Positions 47,218 to 56,969 of a stretch of 64,000 bases of DNA are shown here, piece by piece. The position numbers were made by a program, and so were the translations under genes. The stretch comes from Thermoleophilia bacterium (GTDB lineage: Bacteria; Actinomycetota; Thermoleophilia; BMS3ABIN01), in the NCBI GenBank assembly GCA_014859345.1, contig JACUUL010000005.1, forward strand, positions 1,072-65,071, written 5' to 3'. The notes under the pieces are model-generated. The model searched no databases. It saw only the letters and a list, made by a program, of their open reading frames with translations, and was not told where the DNA came from. Every line of letters begins with the position of its first letter. Position 1 is the stretch's first letter.

Positions 47218-49500
47218 ATGCTGGTCAATCAGCCTCGCCGATCCGAAAAAAATTCCCGCGTGGCAGCCCTGCCCTTGCAGCCCCAACTCTCTCCCAACGC
47301 TCTCAAGGTCCTGGAAAAGAGATATCTGAAAAAAGACCACGACGGCAACCCGGTGGAAACACCGGCTGAAATGTTCCGGCGGGTGGCCCGCACCATCGCA
47401 GAAGCCGAACGGATTTATGACCCAGATGCCGACGTCGAATCCCGGGAGGAGGAGTTTTACCGGCTCATGGCGCGGCTGGAATTTCTGCCCAACTCGCCCA
47501 CTCTGATGAACGCCGGCCGGGAGCTGGGCCAGCTCTCCGCCTGCTTCGTTCTGCCCGTAGGCGACTCCATGGAGAGCATCTTCGACGCAATCAAGCATAC
47601 GGCGCTCATTCACAAAAGCGGCGGGGGCACCGGTTTCTCATTCTCCAGGGTGAGGCCGGGCAACGACGTCGTCCTCTCCACCAAGGGGGTATCCAGCGGA
47701 CCCATCTCTTTTATGACGGTCTTCGATGCGGCCACCGAAACCATCAAGCAGGGCGGCACCCGCCGCGGAGCCAACATGGGCATCCTGCGGGTGGACCATC
47801 CGGACATCCTCGATTTTATAGTTTGCAAGCAAAGCAACGACAAGCTCAACAATTTCAACATCTCGGTGGCCCTGACGGAGGATTTCATGCGGGCGGTGGA
47901 AGATGACAGCCAGTACGAGCTGCGCAATCCGCGGACCGGCGAGGTTACCAGAAGCCTGGATGCCCGCCGGGTTTTCGAGATGATCGTGAACCTTTCCTGG
48001 AAGAATGGAGATCCCGGCATCATCTTCCTGGACCGGATCAATCGTGATAATCCCACACCGCATGTGGGTGAGATCGAGAGCACCAATCCCTGCGGCGAGC
48101 AGCCACTGCTGGCTTACGAATCCTGCAATCTGGGATCGATAAACCTTTCCCGGATGCACGATGGGGCCGGCGGCATTGATTACGAGCGGCTGGGCCGGGT
48201 AGTCGACAGCGCGGTGCGCTTTCTGGATAACGTCATAGACGTTAACCGGTATCCGCTGCCTCAGATCGCGGAAATGACCAGGGCCAACCGCAAGATCGGC
48301 CTGGGAGTCATGGGATACGCGGACCTGCTCATCGAGATGGGTATCCCGTATAACTCCGAGGGCGCGGTGGAGGTGGCGGAAGAGGTAATGTCGTTCATTC
48401 AGGACCGCTCGAGGCAATACTCCGTGAAGCTGGCCGAGCAGCGTGGCGTCTTCCCGAATTTCGCGGGCAGCGTTTACGACCGCGAGGGAGGTCCCAGGGT
48501 CAGGAACGCAACGTCGACCACCATCGCTCCCACCGGGACGCTCAGCATCATCGCCAACTGCTCCAGCGGCATCGAGCCCCTGTTCGGAATCTCATATATC
48601 CGGAACGTGCTGGACAATACGGAAATGGTAGAGGTGCATCGCCTTTTCGAACAGATGGCCCGGGACGGAGGTTTTTACAGCGAGAAACTGATGAAAGAGA
48701 TCGCCAGGAAGGGCAGCGTCGCGGACCTTCCCGAGATTCCGGAAGAGATGCGGACACTCTTTGTGACGGCCCATGATGTTACTCCCGAGTGGCACGTGCG
48801 TATGCAGGCAGCCTTTCAGAAATATACCGATAATGCTGTTTCCAAGACGGTGAACTTTCCTCATGACGCGAGCGTGGCTGATGTGGATCAGGTTTACATG
48901 CTGGCCTTCAAGACCGGCTGCAAGGGCGTCACGATCTATCGCGATGGCAGCCGTGAGTCGCAGGTGCTCAACATCGGCGGCGTCGGAAAGGCAGCGGCGC
49001 CCGAGATCCTGCCCGGCCAGGTCAAACCACGGCCCAGGCCCAATTACATCTCAGGAGGCACCCACAAGCTCGCGTCCGGTTGCGGGAACATCTACGTGAC
49101 CATAAATCAGGACGAGTATGGTCTCTTCGAGGTCTTTTCCTCCATGGGCCGCGCCGGAGGCTGCAAGGGCGCTCAGTCGGAGGCGATCGCCCGGCTGGTG
49201 TCGCTGGCGCTCAGGTCCGGCGTGGCCGTGGACGCGGTGATCAAGTCGGTAAAAGGGATCCGTTGCCCGACTCCGGGATTCGGTGAGAACGGAAAGGTCA
49301 ATTCCTGTCCCGACGCTATCGCCCAGGCGCTGGTGGCGCACCTGGAGGCGATGCCGGAGCTCGGGCAGGATCTCACCGCCGAACTGCCCTCTTCGGCTGA
49401 GCTGGGGCTGTGCCCGGAATGTCCGGATTGCGGAGACCGGGTGGAGTTCGGAGAAGGCTGTGTCTTCTGCCGCTCCTGCGGATTTTCCAAATGCGGTTGA
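47218..49500 (+). CDS. nrdJ: adenosylcobalamin-dependent ribonucleoside-diphosphate/triphosphate reductase (class II)
   Basis: 'LSPNALKVLEKRYL', active-site 'NPCGEQ', a C-terminal Cys pair, and a CxxC...CxxC tail. 760 aa. Confidence 0.85.
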   Translation: MLVNQPRRSEKNSRVAALPLQPQLSPNALKVLEKRYLKKDHDGNPVETPAEMFRRVARTIAEAERIYDPDADVESREEEFYRLMARLEFLPNSPTLMNAGRELGQLSACFVLPVGDSMESIFDAIKHTALIHKSGGGTGFSFSRVRPGNDVVLSTKGVSSGPISFMTVFDAATETIKQGGTRRGANMGILRVDHPDILDFIVCKQSNDKLNNFNISVALTEDFMRAVEDDSQYELRNPRTGEVTRSLDARRVFEMIVNLSWKNGDPGIIFLDRINRDNPTPHVGEIESTNPCGEQPLLAYESCNLGSINLSRMHDGAGGIDYERLGRVVDSAVRFLDNVIDVNRYPLPQIAEMTRANRKIGLGVMGYADLLIEMGIPYNSEGAVEVAEEVMSFIQDRSRQYSVKLAEQRGVFPNFAGSVYDREGGPRVRNATSTTIAPTGTLSIIANCSSGIEPLFGISYIRNVLDNTEMVEVHRLFEQMARDGGFYSEKLMKEIARKGSVADLPEIPEEMRTLFVTAHDVTPEWHVRMQAAFQKYTDNAVSKTVNFPHDASVADVDQVYMLAFKTGCKGVTIYRDGSRESQVLNIGGVGKAAAPEILPGQVKPRPRPNYISGGTHKLASGCGNIYVTINQDEYGLFEVFSSMGRAGGCKGAQSEAIARLVSLALRSGVAVDAVIKSVKGIRCPTPGFGENGKVNSCPDAIAQALVAHLEAMPELGQDLTAELPSSAELGLCPECPDCGDRVEFGEGCVFCRSCGFSKCG

Positions 49501-49770
49501 TAGACAAGATGCATTGTCATCAACTGTTTGAGAGCGCTTCCGGAGTCGGACCGGCGCAGGAAATTTCCAGGCAACTGGGGAAAAGTAGCAGAAAAACAGC
49601 AGGAAATAGATGACGGGGACAGATTCATGACATTTGAGCAAATCGGATAACTGCTCGTGACCTCGACGCATGAAACCTCGCAGATAGGGGGAGGGCGCGG
49701 ACGCCGCCACCGCCGGATTGCGGCAATTGATCCGGCGGCCTGGCTGAAGAAAAGAGTCCATCACCTCGAT

Positions 49771-50601
49771 ATGCGGCGGAACAATCGAAAGCTGACCGTG
49801 CTGGCTCTGGTTTGTTTCAGCTTCTTCTTTCTCTGGCTGTCGCTGAAGGTGTTTGCCCAGACCGATCTCTGGCCTCTGCTGGCGGCGCCCATTTTGGTTT
49901 CCGCCTGGTTTTTTTACGAAGCAGGAGTCCTGGCAACTGTTGCCGTCACCGGTCTGTTGCTGACTCAGACTTCATTCGAGAAGTCGGAGCCGGTCACCAC
50001 CGCTGTATTCACCTTCGCGGCGATTGGCCTGGGGATATCCTGGGCGCTCAGGCGCCAGCGTCGGGTTCATAGGCAGATACTCAGATGGTCGCTTACGGAT
50101 ACCCTGACCGGGCTTTATAATTACGGCTATTTTGAGGAAGCTCTGGACCGGGAAATGCACCGGGCCCATCGATACGGGGGCGAGATTACCCTGATCATGT
50201 TCGATATCGATCACTTCAAGATGTTCAATGACCATTTCGGCCACCAGACCGGCAACGAAGCGCTCCGGATGGTGGCCGATGTCATCCGCGGTCAGAAACG
50301 CGAGTCTGATATCGCTGCCCGTTTTGGAGGAGAGGAGTTTGTGCTGCTGCTTCCGGGAGGCGAGGCGGGAGGCCTGGAAATCGCCGCCCGGCTCAGTCAG
50401 GCAATTGCTAGTACGCCTGTGCCGGTGGGCGGCGGCGCGACAGCAGCCATCACCGTTAGCGCCGGTGTGGCCAGCTATCCCCGGGGAGCTGTCTCAAAAC
50501 AGGAGTTGCTTGACCGGGTGGATCAGCTTCTGTATCAATCAAAAAGAAACGGACGCAACCGTGTGAGCTCAGCCCCCTCCTGGCGCCGCCTGGCGGTGTG
50601 A
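49771..50601 (+). CDS. diguanylate cyclase (GGDEF) with N-terminal membrane segment
   Basis: 3 TM helices then 'RFGGEEFVLLL' GGEEF active site. ATG at 49771; the track ORF starts at 49657. Confidence 0.75.
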   Translation: MRRNNRKLTVLALVCFSFFFLWLSLKVFAQTDLWPLLAAPILVSAWFFYEAGVLATVAVTGLLLTQTSFEKSEPVTTAVFTFAAIGLGISWALRRQRRVHRQILRWSLTDTLTGLYNYGYFEEALDREMHRAHRYGGEITLIMFDIDHFKMFNDHFGHQTGNEALRMVADVIRGQKRESDIAARFGGEEFVLLLPGGEAGGLEIAARLSQAIASTPVPVGGGATAAITVSAGVASYPRGAVSKQELLDRVDQLLYQSKRNGRNRVSSAPSWRRLAV

Positions 50602-50656
50602 AGACTCCGCTGCTTCGAAAAGGGCCTTGCACGTTGCAATCGGAAGGAGAGAGAGT

Positions 50657-50926
50657 ATGGCGCAGTCCAGGCCCCACGTTGCCAGCACCGAAAGAATAAA
50701 AGTGAGCATCGAAACACGCACCAGCACTATCGTGGGCACTGTGCATCTGCCGGCGGTCGAGTACCGCAGCCGGCTTTCCGATTTGCTCACCCAGCAGGGC
50801 ACAGTGTTTCTTAATGTTACCGATGCGACTGTTTACACACCCAGGGACGCGGAGAATCCATCCTACAAGACCTCGTATCTGGCAGTAAACCTGGGCGGCA
50901 TCGAAATCGTCAGGCCGTTGGATTAA
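50657..50926 (+). CDS. small hypothetical protein (89 aa)
   Basis: Excellent RBS (GGAAGGAGAGAGAG) before ATG 50657, 55 nt after the GGDEF gene. No domain recognised. Confidence 0.45.
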   Translation: MAQSRPHVASTERIKVSIETRTSTIVGTVHLPAVEYRSRLSDLLTQQGTVFLNVTDATVYTPRDAENPSYKTSYLAVNLGGIEIVRPLD

Positions 50927-51060
50927 GACCCGCCTGCGCGAACCTTTGGCAATCATTGCGGCGGGTATTTAAATCCAGGACGGCGGAAACCACAAAACAG
51001 GATACGGAACCACAGGCCGCAGGCACGAAGATCGCGATATCGGAAGCAGGTACGACACGC

Positions 51061-51489
51061 CTATATCAGAAGCACGTACAGCACGCCTGCCAGGAAAACA
51101 ATTTCCACCGAGGTAAGAACAGCCGTCAGCCAGATGAACAGCCGGGCCGCGCCGGTGCCGTCCCCGGTCCTTTTCAGCCTGTTCCTCTCGAAACGGCCGA
51201 CCACCAGGTAAACGATATGGATTAAACCGAAGGCCGCCGCTCCCCAGAAGAGCTGCCAGCGATCTGTGTAAGCAAGCAAAAGGTAATAATAGAGAATCTC
51301 TGCCAGCAACAGGAGGATATTCATCCGGTAACCTGCTTCAACCATCTGTTCGAAGCGGGCTTCCGGATACGATTCCTTCAGCTTCTGGCGCTCCCGCCCC
51401 AGGTCCCTGAGGGCGCGGGGAACCAGTCTGAGGGTCAGGGCGCTGCCGGCCAGCACGAACAAAGTATATATAAACAGGAAGATCCTCAA
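51061..51489 (-). CDS. hypothetical membrane protein (4 TM)
   Basis: Track ORF with four hydrophobic helices. Confidence 0.4.
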   Translation of the reverse strand: MRIFLFIYTLFVLAGSALTLRLVPRALRDLGRERQKLKESYPEARFEQMVEAGYRMNILLLLAEILYYYLLLAYTDRWQLFWGAAAFGLIHIVYLVVGRFERNRLKRTGDGTGAARLFIWLTAVLTSVEIVFLAGVLYVLLI

Positions 51490-51548
51490 GGCTCTTCTAC
51501 GGCCGGTCCCAGCGAATTCTCACTTCACCGGATTGATTATTCAGGCCA

Positions 51549-52466
51549 TCAACGGTTGTTCTTTTCTGGCTTTTCATCCCTCTTCCCTGAATCCGGTTCT
51601 TGAAGAAACCTCCGATACAACAGGTCTGCGTTGACGGCGACAAAAAAGATTGAAAGCAAAGGCAGGGCCGGAACGCCGATGTCGAGGCTTACTCCGATCA
51701 TCATTGTGGCCACAAACGACACGGCCATAGCCAGCGAAGTCAGAACGCGGCGCAGCCGGAAGGTCAGAGCGCAGCCGATGAAGATGGAAAAAAAGATGAA
51801 GTCGGCGATTCCTAACCGGGAAGTGGCGTCCACAGCGATAACCGGCAGGCTGACCGTCAGGTAGTCAATCCAGGGCCCGCTGCTTTCCACCATCTTTTTT
51901 GTGGGCCCGAAAAACACGCTGTAGAAGTCGACGGCGATGATCAGGACCGCGATCAGAAGCACCTGGCTGATCGAGGTAAGCATCAGAGAGATCCAGAGGC
52001 CGGCGGCGCAGGCGAAGACAATTTTTGCCAGGCTTTCCAAAGGAGTCAGCCCCAGCGCGGCGGCGGCGGCTGCGGCAAAGGCGGCGGCCGGCACCAGCGC
52101 CAGCAAAAGGTGCCGCAGCCTGATCAGGAAAGTCAGCCCGGATGCCAGGGCGCTGGCTGCCATCAGTCCCAGAGCCAGAGAAAGGACCGCCCTGCCGTTG
52201 GAATCCGGACCAGGAATGCCGGTAAGGAGCGCGGCGGCCAGGGCTGCCGAAAGAGCAGTCAGGACCACGCCAAAAATTACCAGCGACCTGGTTTCGGTTC
52301 TGGAATCGAGGCGCGGATTCAGGATAGCGAATTCTTTTCTGGATTCCTGACGGCGTTTCAGCCGGGAGATCCGGCTTTCCGCCTCGCCGCTTTCGTTGTT
52401 GGCGGCGCGGCGGGCACGCTCCCGGGGGCGTGCTGGATATTTATCCGGACGGTCATCCAATTCCAC
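51549..52466 (-). CDS. hypothetical polytopic membrane protein
   Basis: Track ORF, 305 aa, ~7 TM helices with a basic N-terminus. Confidence 0.4.
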   Translation of the reverse strand: MELDDRPDKYPARPRERARRAANNESGEAESRISRLKRRQESRKEFAILNPRLDSRTETRSLVIFGVVLTALSAALAAALLTGIPGPDSNGRAVLSLALGLMAASALASGLTFLIRLRHLLLALVPAAAFAAAAAAALGLTPLESLAKIVFACAAGLWISLMLTSISQVLLIAVLIIAVDFYSVFFGPTKKMVESSGPWIDYLTVSLPVIAVDATSRLGIADFIFFSIFIGCALTFRLRRVLTSLAMAVSFVATMMIGVSLDIGVPALPLLSIFFVAVNADLLYRRFLQEPDSGKRDEKPEKNNR

Positions 52467-52529
52467 TCAGGCTTCCAGAAAACAGGAGACAGAAAACCAG
52501 CACCCTGCGGGCGCCAGGTGTTTGTCATT

Positions 52530-53132
52530 TTAATACGGGGGCAATGACTCGTACCACTCGCTCAGCACCTTGAAGGCTTTCCAGAAGTCAGTCTTCTGGC
52601 GCTGGTCGCTTAGAGACTCATCTATTTCGGGAGTGATCAGCGCTTCGATTGTGGGGGTCATCTGCTGGATCTCTCCGGGCCTGAATTCGAGCCTGCCAGC
52701 CAGAGGAAAGTCCAGTTCGTTAATGGCCTCCAGGGTTTCCTCGCCCATTACCACGACCAGTTTGGGCTGGACGATCATGAGCTCCCGCTTAAGATACTGC
52801 GGGCAGTGGCGCCGGCCTTCCGGCTCGTTCACGTTGGCGCACTTGATAACATTGGTCCCGTAAAGGATCAAGGAATCGATGGAGAGCTTCTGGCAGCCCT
52901 TAATAACCGCTTCTCCGGAGCGGCCAAAAAACGCGACACCCTCAGAGGCTTCGCTGGGATGGGTTCGGTACTTGACCAGAAAGATGTCCGCCAGCGGATG
53001 CCCCGAGCCTATCACCGGCACTGCCTTGCCGTGGGCACACCGTTCGCAGTGAGTCAGCTCACGGCAAAGCTCGTTGATTTCTGAGATGGCGCGGGTCATG
53101 TGCTTGTCGTATATGTCTTCCGGTTTTGACAA
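52530..53132 (-). CDS. udg: uracil-DNA glycosylase, family 4 (Fe-S)
   Basis: 'CERCAHGKAVPVIGSGHPLADIFLV' and 'GPVKD' motifs. TTG start with AGAGG upstream. Confidence 0.8.
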   Translation of the reverse strand: MSKPEDIYDKHMTRAISEINELCRELTHCERCAHGKAVPVIGSGHPLADIFLVKYRTHPSEASEGVAFFGRSGEAVIKGCQKLSIDSLILYGTNVIKCANVNEPEGRRHCPQYLKRELMIVQPKLVVVMGEETLEAINELDFPLAGRLEFRPGEIQQMTPTIEALITPEIDESLSDQRQKTDFWKAFKVLSEWYESLPPY

Positions 53133-53391
53133 TTAGCCTCTGGAATCAAAGGTCGTGGTTCCGTTTATTTTTCCTGCGGCCGGCCGCAGGGCTGTGGGTG
53201 CGTCCTCAAGGCAAAAAACCACCCGCGCGAAGGGCAGATCTTCCCCCCTGCTTTTAGCTGGACCACAGCCCTTTTCCCGATAAGGTCAGGTGTAAAATTT
53301 TTTTAAGACAGGCTCTTAGTTATTAGCCACAATCGTAAAAAATCCTGCTACTGACGTATTTATGGCCTGACTCAAGGCAGCGGCACAGCGT

Positions 53392-54756
53392 TCAGGCGAC
53401 CTCGAAAAGGGCGACCACCTCGATATGTGGAGTGTGCGGGAACATATCGACAGCGCCGGCTCCAAGGAGACGGTAACCGCCCTCGACCAGTTGGGCGGCG
53501 TTGCCGGCCAGCGTAGACGCGTTACAGGAAACGTAAACGATCCGGGACGGCATGATTTCCAGGATCCGCTGGACCTCTTTTTTGCTGGCTCCGGCTCTTG
53601 GAGGATCCATAACCACCACGTCCGGCCGCCGCCGAAGGCCAAGGTCCTTTAGCACCTTGCGCACCTTGCCGACGGCAAAGCCGGCGTTTTCGGCGCCATT
53701 AGCGCGGGTGTTCTCCCGGGCCAGGATGACCGCTTCCTCCATTATCTCTATTCCGAAAACCTCGCGGCATCCGCGGGCCAGCAGCAATGAAATGGAGCCG
53801 ATTCCGCAGTAAAGGTCAAATACAAGCTCCTCGCCCCGGAGGCCGGCATAACCGACCGCCTTCCGGTAAAGGCGCTCGGCCATGTGAGTGTTCGTCTGCA
53901 GGAACGACGAAGGAGATACTTTCAACCTGAGGCCCCGGATCTCCTCAAATATGTGATCCCGGCCGGCCAAAACCTGAAAGGGAAAACCGGTCGCCACCGA
54001 CGCTTTCGTGCTGTTGACGCTCCATACAAGGGAGGCGATCTCGGGATGGTCCGTCGTCAGCCTGCGCGCGAAATCCTGCTTTTCCGGGAACTCTCCCGGC
54101 GCAGTCACCAGGTTGACCATCACCTCGCCGGTATTGGCCCCCTCCCTGAGGACCAGATGCCGGAAAAAACCGGCTCCGGAGCGCGGGTCATAGGCTTCCA
54201 GGCCGCTTTCACGGACAAGCTCGCGGGTCAGGTTCCGGATCTTATTGGTAAGCTGCGAATGAAGCACGCAGTCATCGATATTAATTACGCGCTGCCACTC
54301 GCCCGGCCGGTGGAAGCCAAGATCGATACCGGCGCCGGGCGCCGGCGCGAAAGAGAACTCCACCTTGTTGCGGTAACGCCACAAGGGAGCGGCGCCGAGC
54401 GGCTCATCAAGCGGCGGTTCCTCCACCCCGCCGATGCGTTTCAGGCAGTCGCCCACCTGTTTCTGCTTGAACTCCAGCTGGGTTTCATAAGGAAGGGATT
54501 GCCATGAGCAGCCGCCACAAACCCCGAAGTGCGCGCAGGCAGGCTGGATGCGCTGGCGGGATGGGGCCAGAACCTCAACCGACCGCGCCTCGGCATAGGA
54601 ACGCTTTGATGCGGTGACCAATGCCCTTACGACATCGCCGGGCACGGCGCCCTCAACAAAAACCACGAATCCGTTTACGCGCGCCACGCCCCGGCCACCG
54701 AAAGCGAGACTGTCAATGGAAACCTCGATCTCCTGGTTTTTTACCGGTTTGTTCAT
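53392..54756 (-). CDS. rlmD: 23S rRNA (uracil-C5)-methyltransferase RlmD/RumA (TRAM + Fe-S + SAM MTase)
   Basis: N-terminal TRAM, a Cys cluster ('CAHFGVCGGC'), and the C-terminal MTase motif 'DLYCGIGSIS...DPPRAG'. Confidence 0.8.
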   Translation of the reverse strand: MNKPVKNQEIEVSIDSLAFGGRGVARVNGFVVFVEGAVPGDVVRALVTASKRSYAEARSVEVLAPSRQRIQPACAHFGVCGGCSWQSLPYETQLEFKQKQVGDCLKRIGGVEEPPLDEPLGAAPLWRYRNKVEFSFAPAPGAGIDLGFHRPGEWQRVINIDDCVLHSQLTNKIRNLTRELVRESGLEAYDPRSGAGFFRHLVLREGANTGEVMVNLVTAPGEFPEKQDFARRLTTDHPEIASLVWSVNSTKASVATGFPFQVLAGRDHIFEEIRGLRLKVSPSSFLQTNTHMAERLYRKAVGYAGLRGEELVFDLYCGIGSISLLLARGCREVFGIEIMEEAVILARENTRANGAENAGFAVGKVRKVLKDLGLRRRPDVVVMDPPRAGASKKEVQRILEIMPSRIVYVSCNASTLAGNAAQLVEGGYRLLGAGAVDMFPHTPHIEVVALFEVA

Positions 54757-54847
54757 GCTAACGCCGCGGCCGACTACAGGCGGCCACTTTTTTATAATTC
54801 TTGCATTTACAGGGAAAAAGTGGCAACTTCAAGGGGATCCAGTCCAA

Positions 54848-54876
54848 TTGACACATGCTATAGGGTATCCTAGAAT
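54848..54876 (+). promoter_or_regulatory. sigma70-type promoter for tatAC: TTGACA, 17 nt, TAGAAT
   Basis: Read directly. Lies 60 nt upstream of the tatA ATG, which has an AAGGAG RBS. Confidence 0.55.
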
Positions 54877-54935
54877 GGCAGATGGGGTATAAGTACGAAG
54901 TATCCTCACATCCGTTCCCGATTTTCAAGGAGTAA

Positions 54936-55223
54936 GTGATCATGCCATCAATCGGCTGGCAGGAGTTAATCATAGTGCTGGTCATTATTCTGGTCATCTT
55001 CGGTCCCAAGCGGCTGCCGGAGGTCGGGCGCTCTCTGGGCAGGGGCATCAGGGAGTTTAAAAAGTCCACGACCGAGATTCAGGAACAGCTGACCAAGGAA
55101 GAACCGGCCACACCCACCGTTGAAAAGACGGTGGCCGAGCCGAAGACGGCTCCCGAGCCGGCTGCCGCGCCCGAGCCCAAGAGCGCCCCGGAGGCCGGCA
55201 GCACCGAACCCAAAGCCTCCTGA
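54936..55223 (+). CDS. tatA: twin-arginine translocase subunit TatA/E
   Basis: 'IGWQELIIVLVIILVIFGPKRLPEVGRSLGRGIREFKK'. Confidence 0.9.
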   Translation: MIMPSIGWQELIIVLVIILVIFGPKRLPEVGRSLGRGIREFKKSTTEIQEQLTKEEPATPTVEKTVAEPKTAPEPAAAPEPKSAPEAGSTEPKAS

Positions 55224-55271
55224 TCGTCATAAGGGCCGGCCGCTTTGTCCACCCTCTGACCTTCTCCGGCC

Positions 55272-56051
55272 TTGTCAGAATCTAACGACAGACCGATGTC
55301 CCTGATCGAGCATCTGGATGAGTTGCGCAGACGCATCATCATCTCGGTGGTGGCGATCGCCGTGGGCACGATCGGTTGCTTCATCTTCAAAGGCCCGCTG
55401 CTCAGGCTGCTGATCGCTCCCCTGAGCGACATGGAAATGCGGCTGATCACTCTCTCCCCCACCGAATCGTTCATGACCGTCTTCAAAGTGGCTATCTATG
55501 GTGGCCTGATAGTGGCCTCCCCGGTCATCATCTACCAGATTTGGGCCTTTGTCGCTCCGGGTCTGAAAAAACGGGAGCGGCGGATAACGCTGACGGCCGC
55601 TTCTTTCACCACACTGCTGTTTTTTGCGGGTGTGGCTTTTGCCTGGTTCCTGGTGCTGCCCAGAGGCCTGGAATTCCTGCTAAATTACGAGTCTGGGATC
55701 TTCGATCAGCAGGTTCAGGCCAGCCGCTACTTCTCATTTGTGGCCATGTTCCTGTTTGCTTTCGGGCTCGTGTTCGAACTGCCGGCGATGATCGTGACTC
55801 TTTCCTGGGTGGGGATAGTTAACGCCCGCACGCTGAGCACCAAGCGCAAGTACGCCATTCTTCTCGGCGCTGTCATCAGCGCCTCCCTGACTCCTGCAGA
55901 TGTTTTCTCGATGGTGGCTCTATTTATGCCGTTTCTTCTGCTATATGAGATCAGCCTCGTGCTGGTGCGTCTTATCGAACGCTCCCGGCGGCGCAAGCAA
56001 TCAGAGGCAGACATCGACAGCGGCCAGGATGTTGGGCAGACGGCCGGATAA
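55272..56051 (+). CDS. tatC: twin-arginine translocase subunit TatC
   Basis: 'SLIEHLDELRRRI' and 6 TM helices. Confidence 0.9.
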   Translation: MSESNDRPMSLIEHLDELRRRIIISVVAIAVGTIGCFIFKGPLLRLLIAPLSDMEMRLITLSPTESFMTVFKVAIYGGLIVASPVIIYQIWAFVAPGLKKRERRITLTAASFTTLLFFAGVAFAWFLVLPRGLEFLLNYESGIFDQQVQASRYFSFVAMFLFAFGLVFELPAMIVTLSWVGIVNARTLSTKRKYAILLGAVISASLTPADVFSMVALFMPFLLLYEISLVLVRLIERSRRRKQSEADIDSGQDVGQTAG

Positions 56052-56066
56052 GATCCTTTCTTTCTC

Positions 56067-56969
56067 CTATGCGGGCGGGCCTGAGAGTGCCGCCTGGGAG
56101 GGGGCTCTTAAAATGGGAATGAGCATGTCGGCGGTGGTCTTGAAACCGTAGGTGCCTTTTTCGCCGCTGAGTGCGTAGATCAGCGAGATCTGCCCGATGC
56201 GGCTGTCGATGTTGTCGACTGAGGAGACGTCCAGGCTCAGAAACAGGGGTATCTCCGAGCGGGGGGCATCCGAGGGCTCGGCGCCCACCGCCAGTATCCC
56301 CAGCTCTCTCAGGCCCAGCAGAAGCCGTTTTTGAAGCTCTGAGTAATCTGGTGACTGTTCGTCATTTGCCCGGGCCACCAGGACTACCGCGTCAACCGGG
56401 GATTCGTAATTGCCGCTCATCGAGTCGACCAGTATGTTCTGGAGAGCCGTCAAAGCTTTGGGGTTGTCCGCCCTGCCGCCAATCTCCGCGGCCAGCTGAC
56501 GGCCGAGCGCCGGCACGACAGAGGATTCATCAGCGTCAGCGAAGGCCGGGTTGTTCCGCAGGCCGCTCTTCAGTCCGGCAGCCACAGGTCCCGGATCCAG
56601 GCCCGGACTCAGGATTGTGGTGGTGACCACCTGGCCGCCGGCGCTGTTAATCGACGATGAAAGCCTGCGAAGGATATCGTCACCCACCGCGCCGGACGCA
56701 ACCAGGGCAATCCTGGTGCCCTGCAGCCGCCCGCTGATGATGAAAGGGAAGGCATCGTCCTGGAAGCGGAGGTTGAGGGAGCGTTCCCTTTCCAGATCCG
56801 TATTCCGGGAGCGAAGATCGTCAATATCGCGCAGTATCTCATCCGTGAGGCCGGAGCGTCCTGTCTCTACCACACCATTGTCTGACAGGCTGATTCCTAC
56901 CAGGACTCCCAGTCCCAGGGCAAGGAAGACCGCGACCAGCGAAAGCAGGTGATATCTCCAGGTAAGCAT
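56067..56969 (-). CDS. MctB-like (DUF3186) copper-transport-associated membrane-anchored protein
   Basis: N-terminus 'MLTWRYHLLSLVAVFLALGLGVLVG' resembles MctB/Rv1698-family proteins. Overlaps the upstream gene end. Confidence 0.45.
   Translation of the reverse strand: MLTWRYHLLSLVAVFLALGLGVLVGISLSDNGVVETGRSGLTDEILRDIDDLRSRNTDLERERSLNLRFQDDAFPFIISGRLQGTRIALVASGAVGDDILRRLSSSINSAGGQVVTTTILSPGLDPGPVAAGLKSGLRNNPAFADADESSVVPALGRQLAAEIGGRADNPKALTALQNILVDSMSGNYESPVDAVVLVARANDEQSPDYSELQKRLLLGLRELGILAVGAEPSDAPRSEIPLFLSLDVSSVDNIDSRIGQISLIYALSGEKGTYGFKTTADMLIPILRAPSQAALSGPPA

Noticed and set aside
53133-53391. Possible SRP (4.5S) RNA, because of an AGGUCAGGU-like segment
   Set aside because: The conserved GGAAGGAAGCAGC domain IV motif is missing and no tetraloop-helix arrangement could be built. 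Kept only as a generic structured region.
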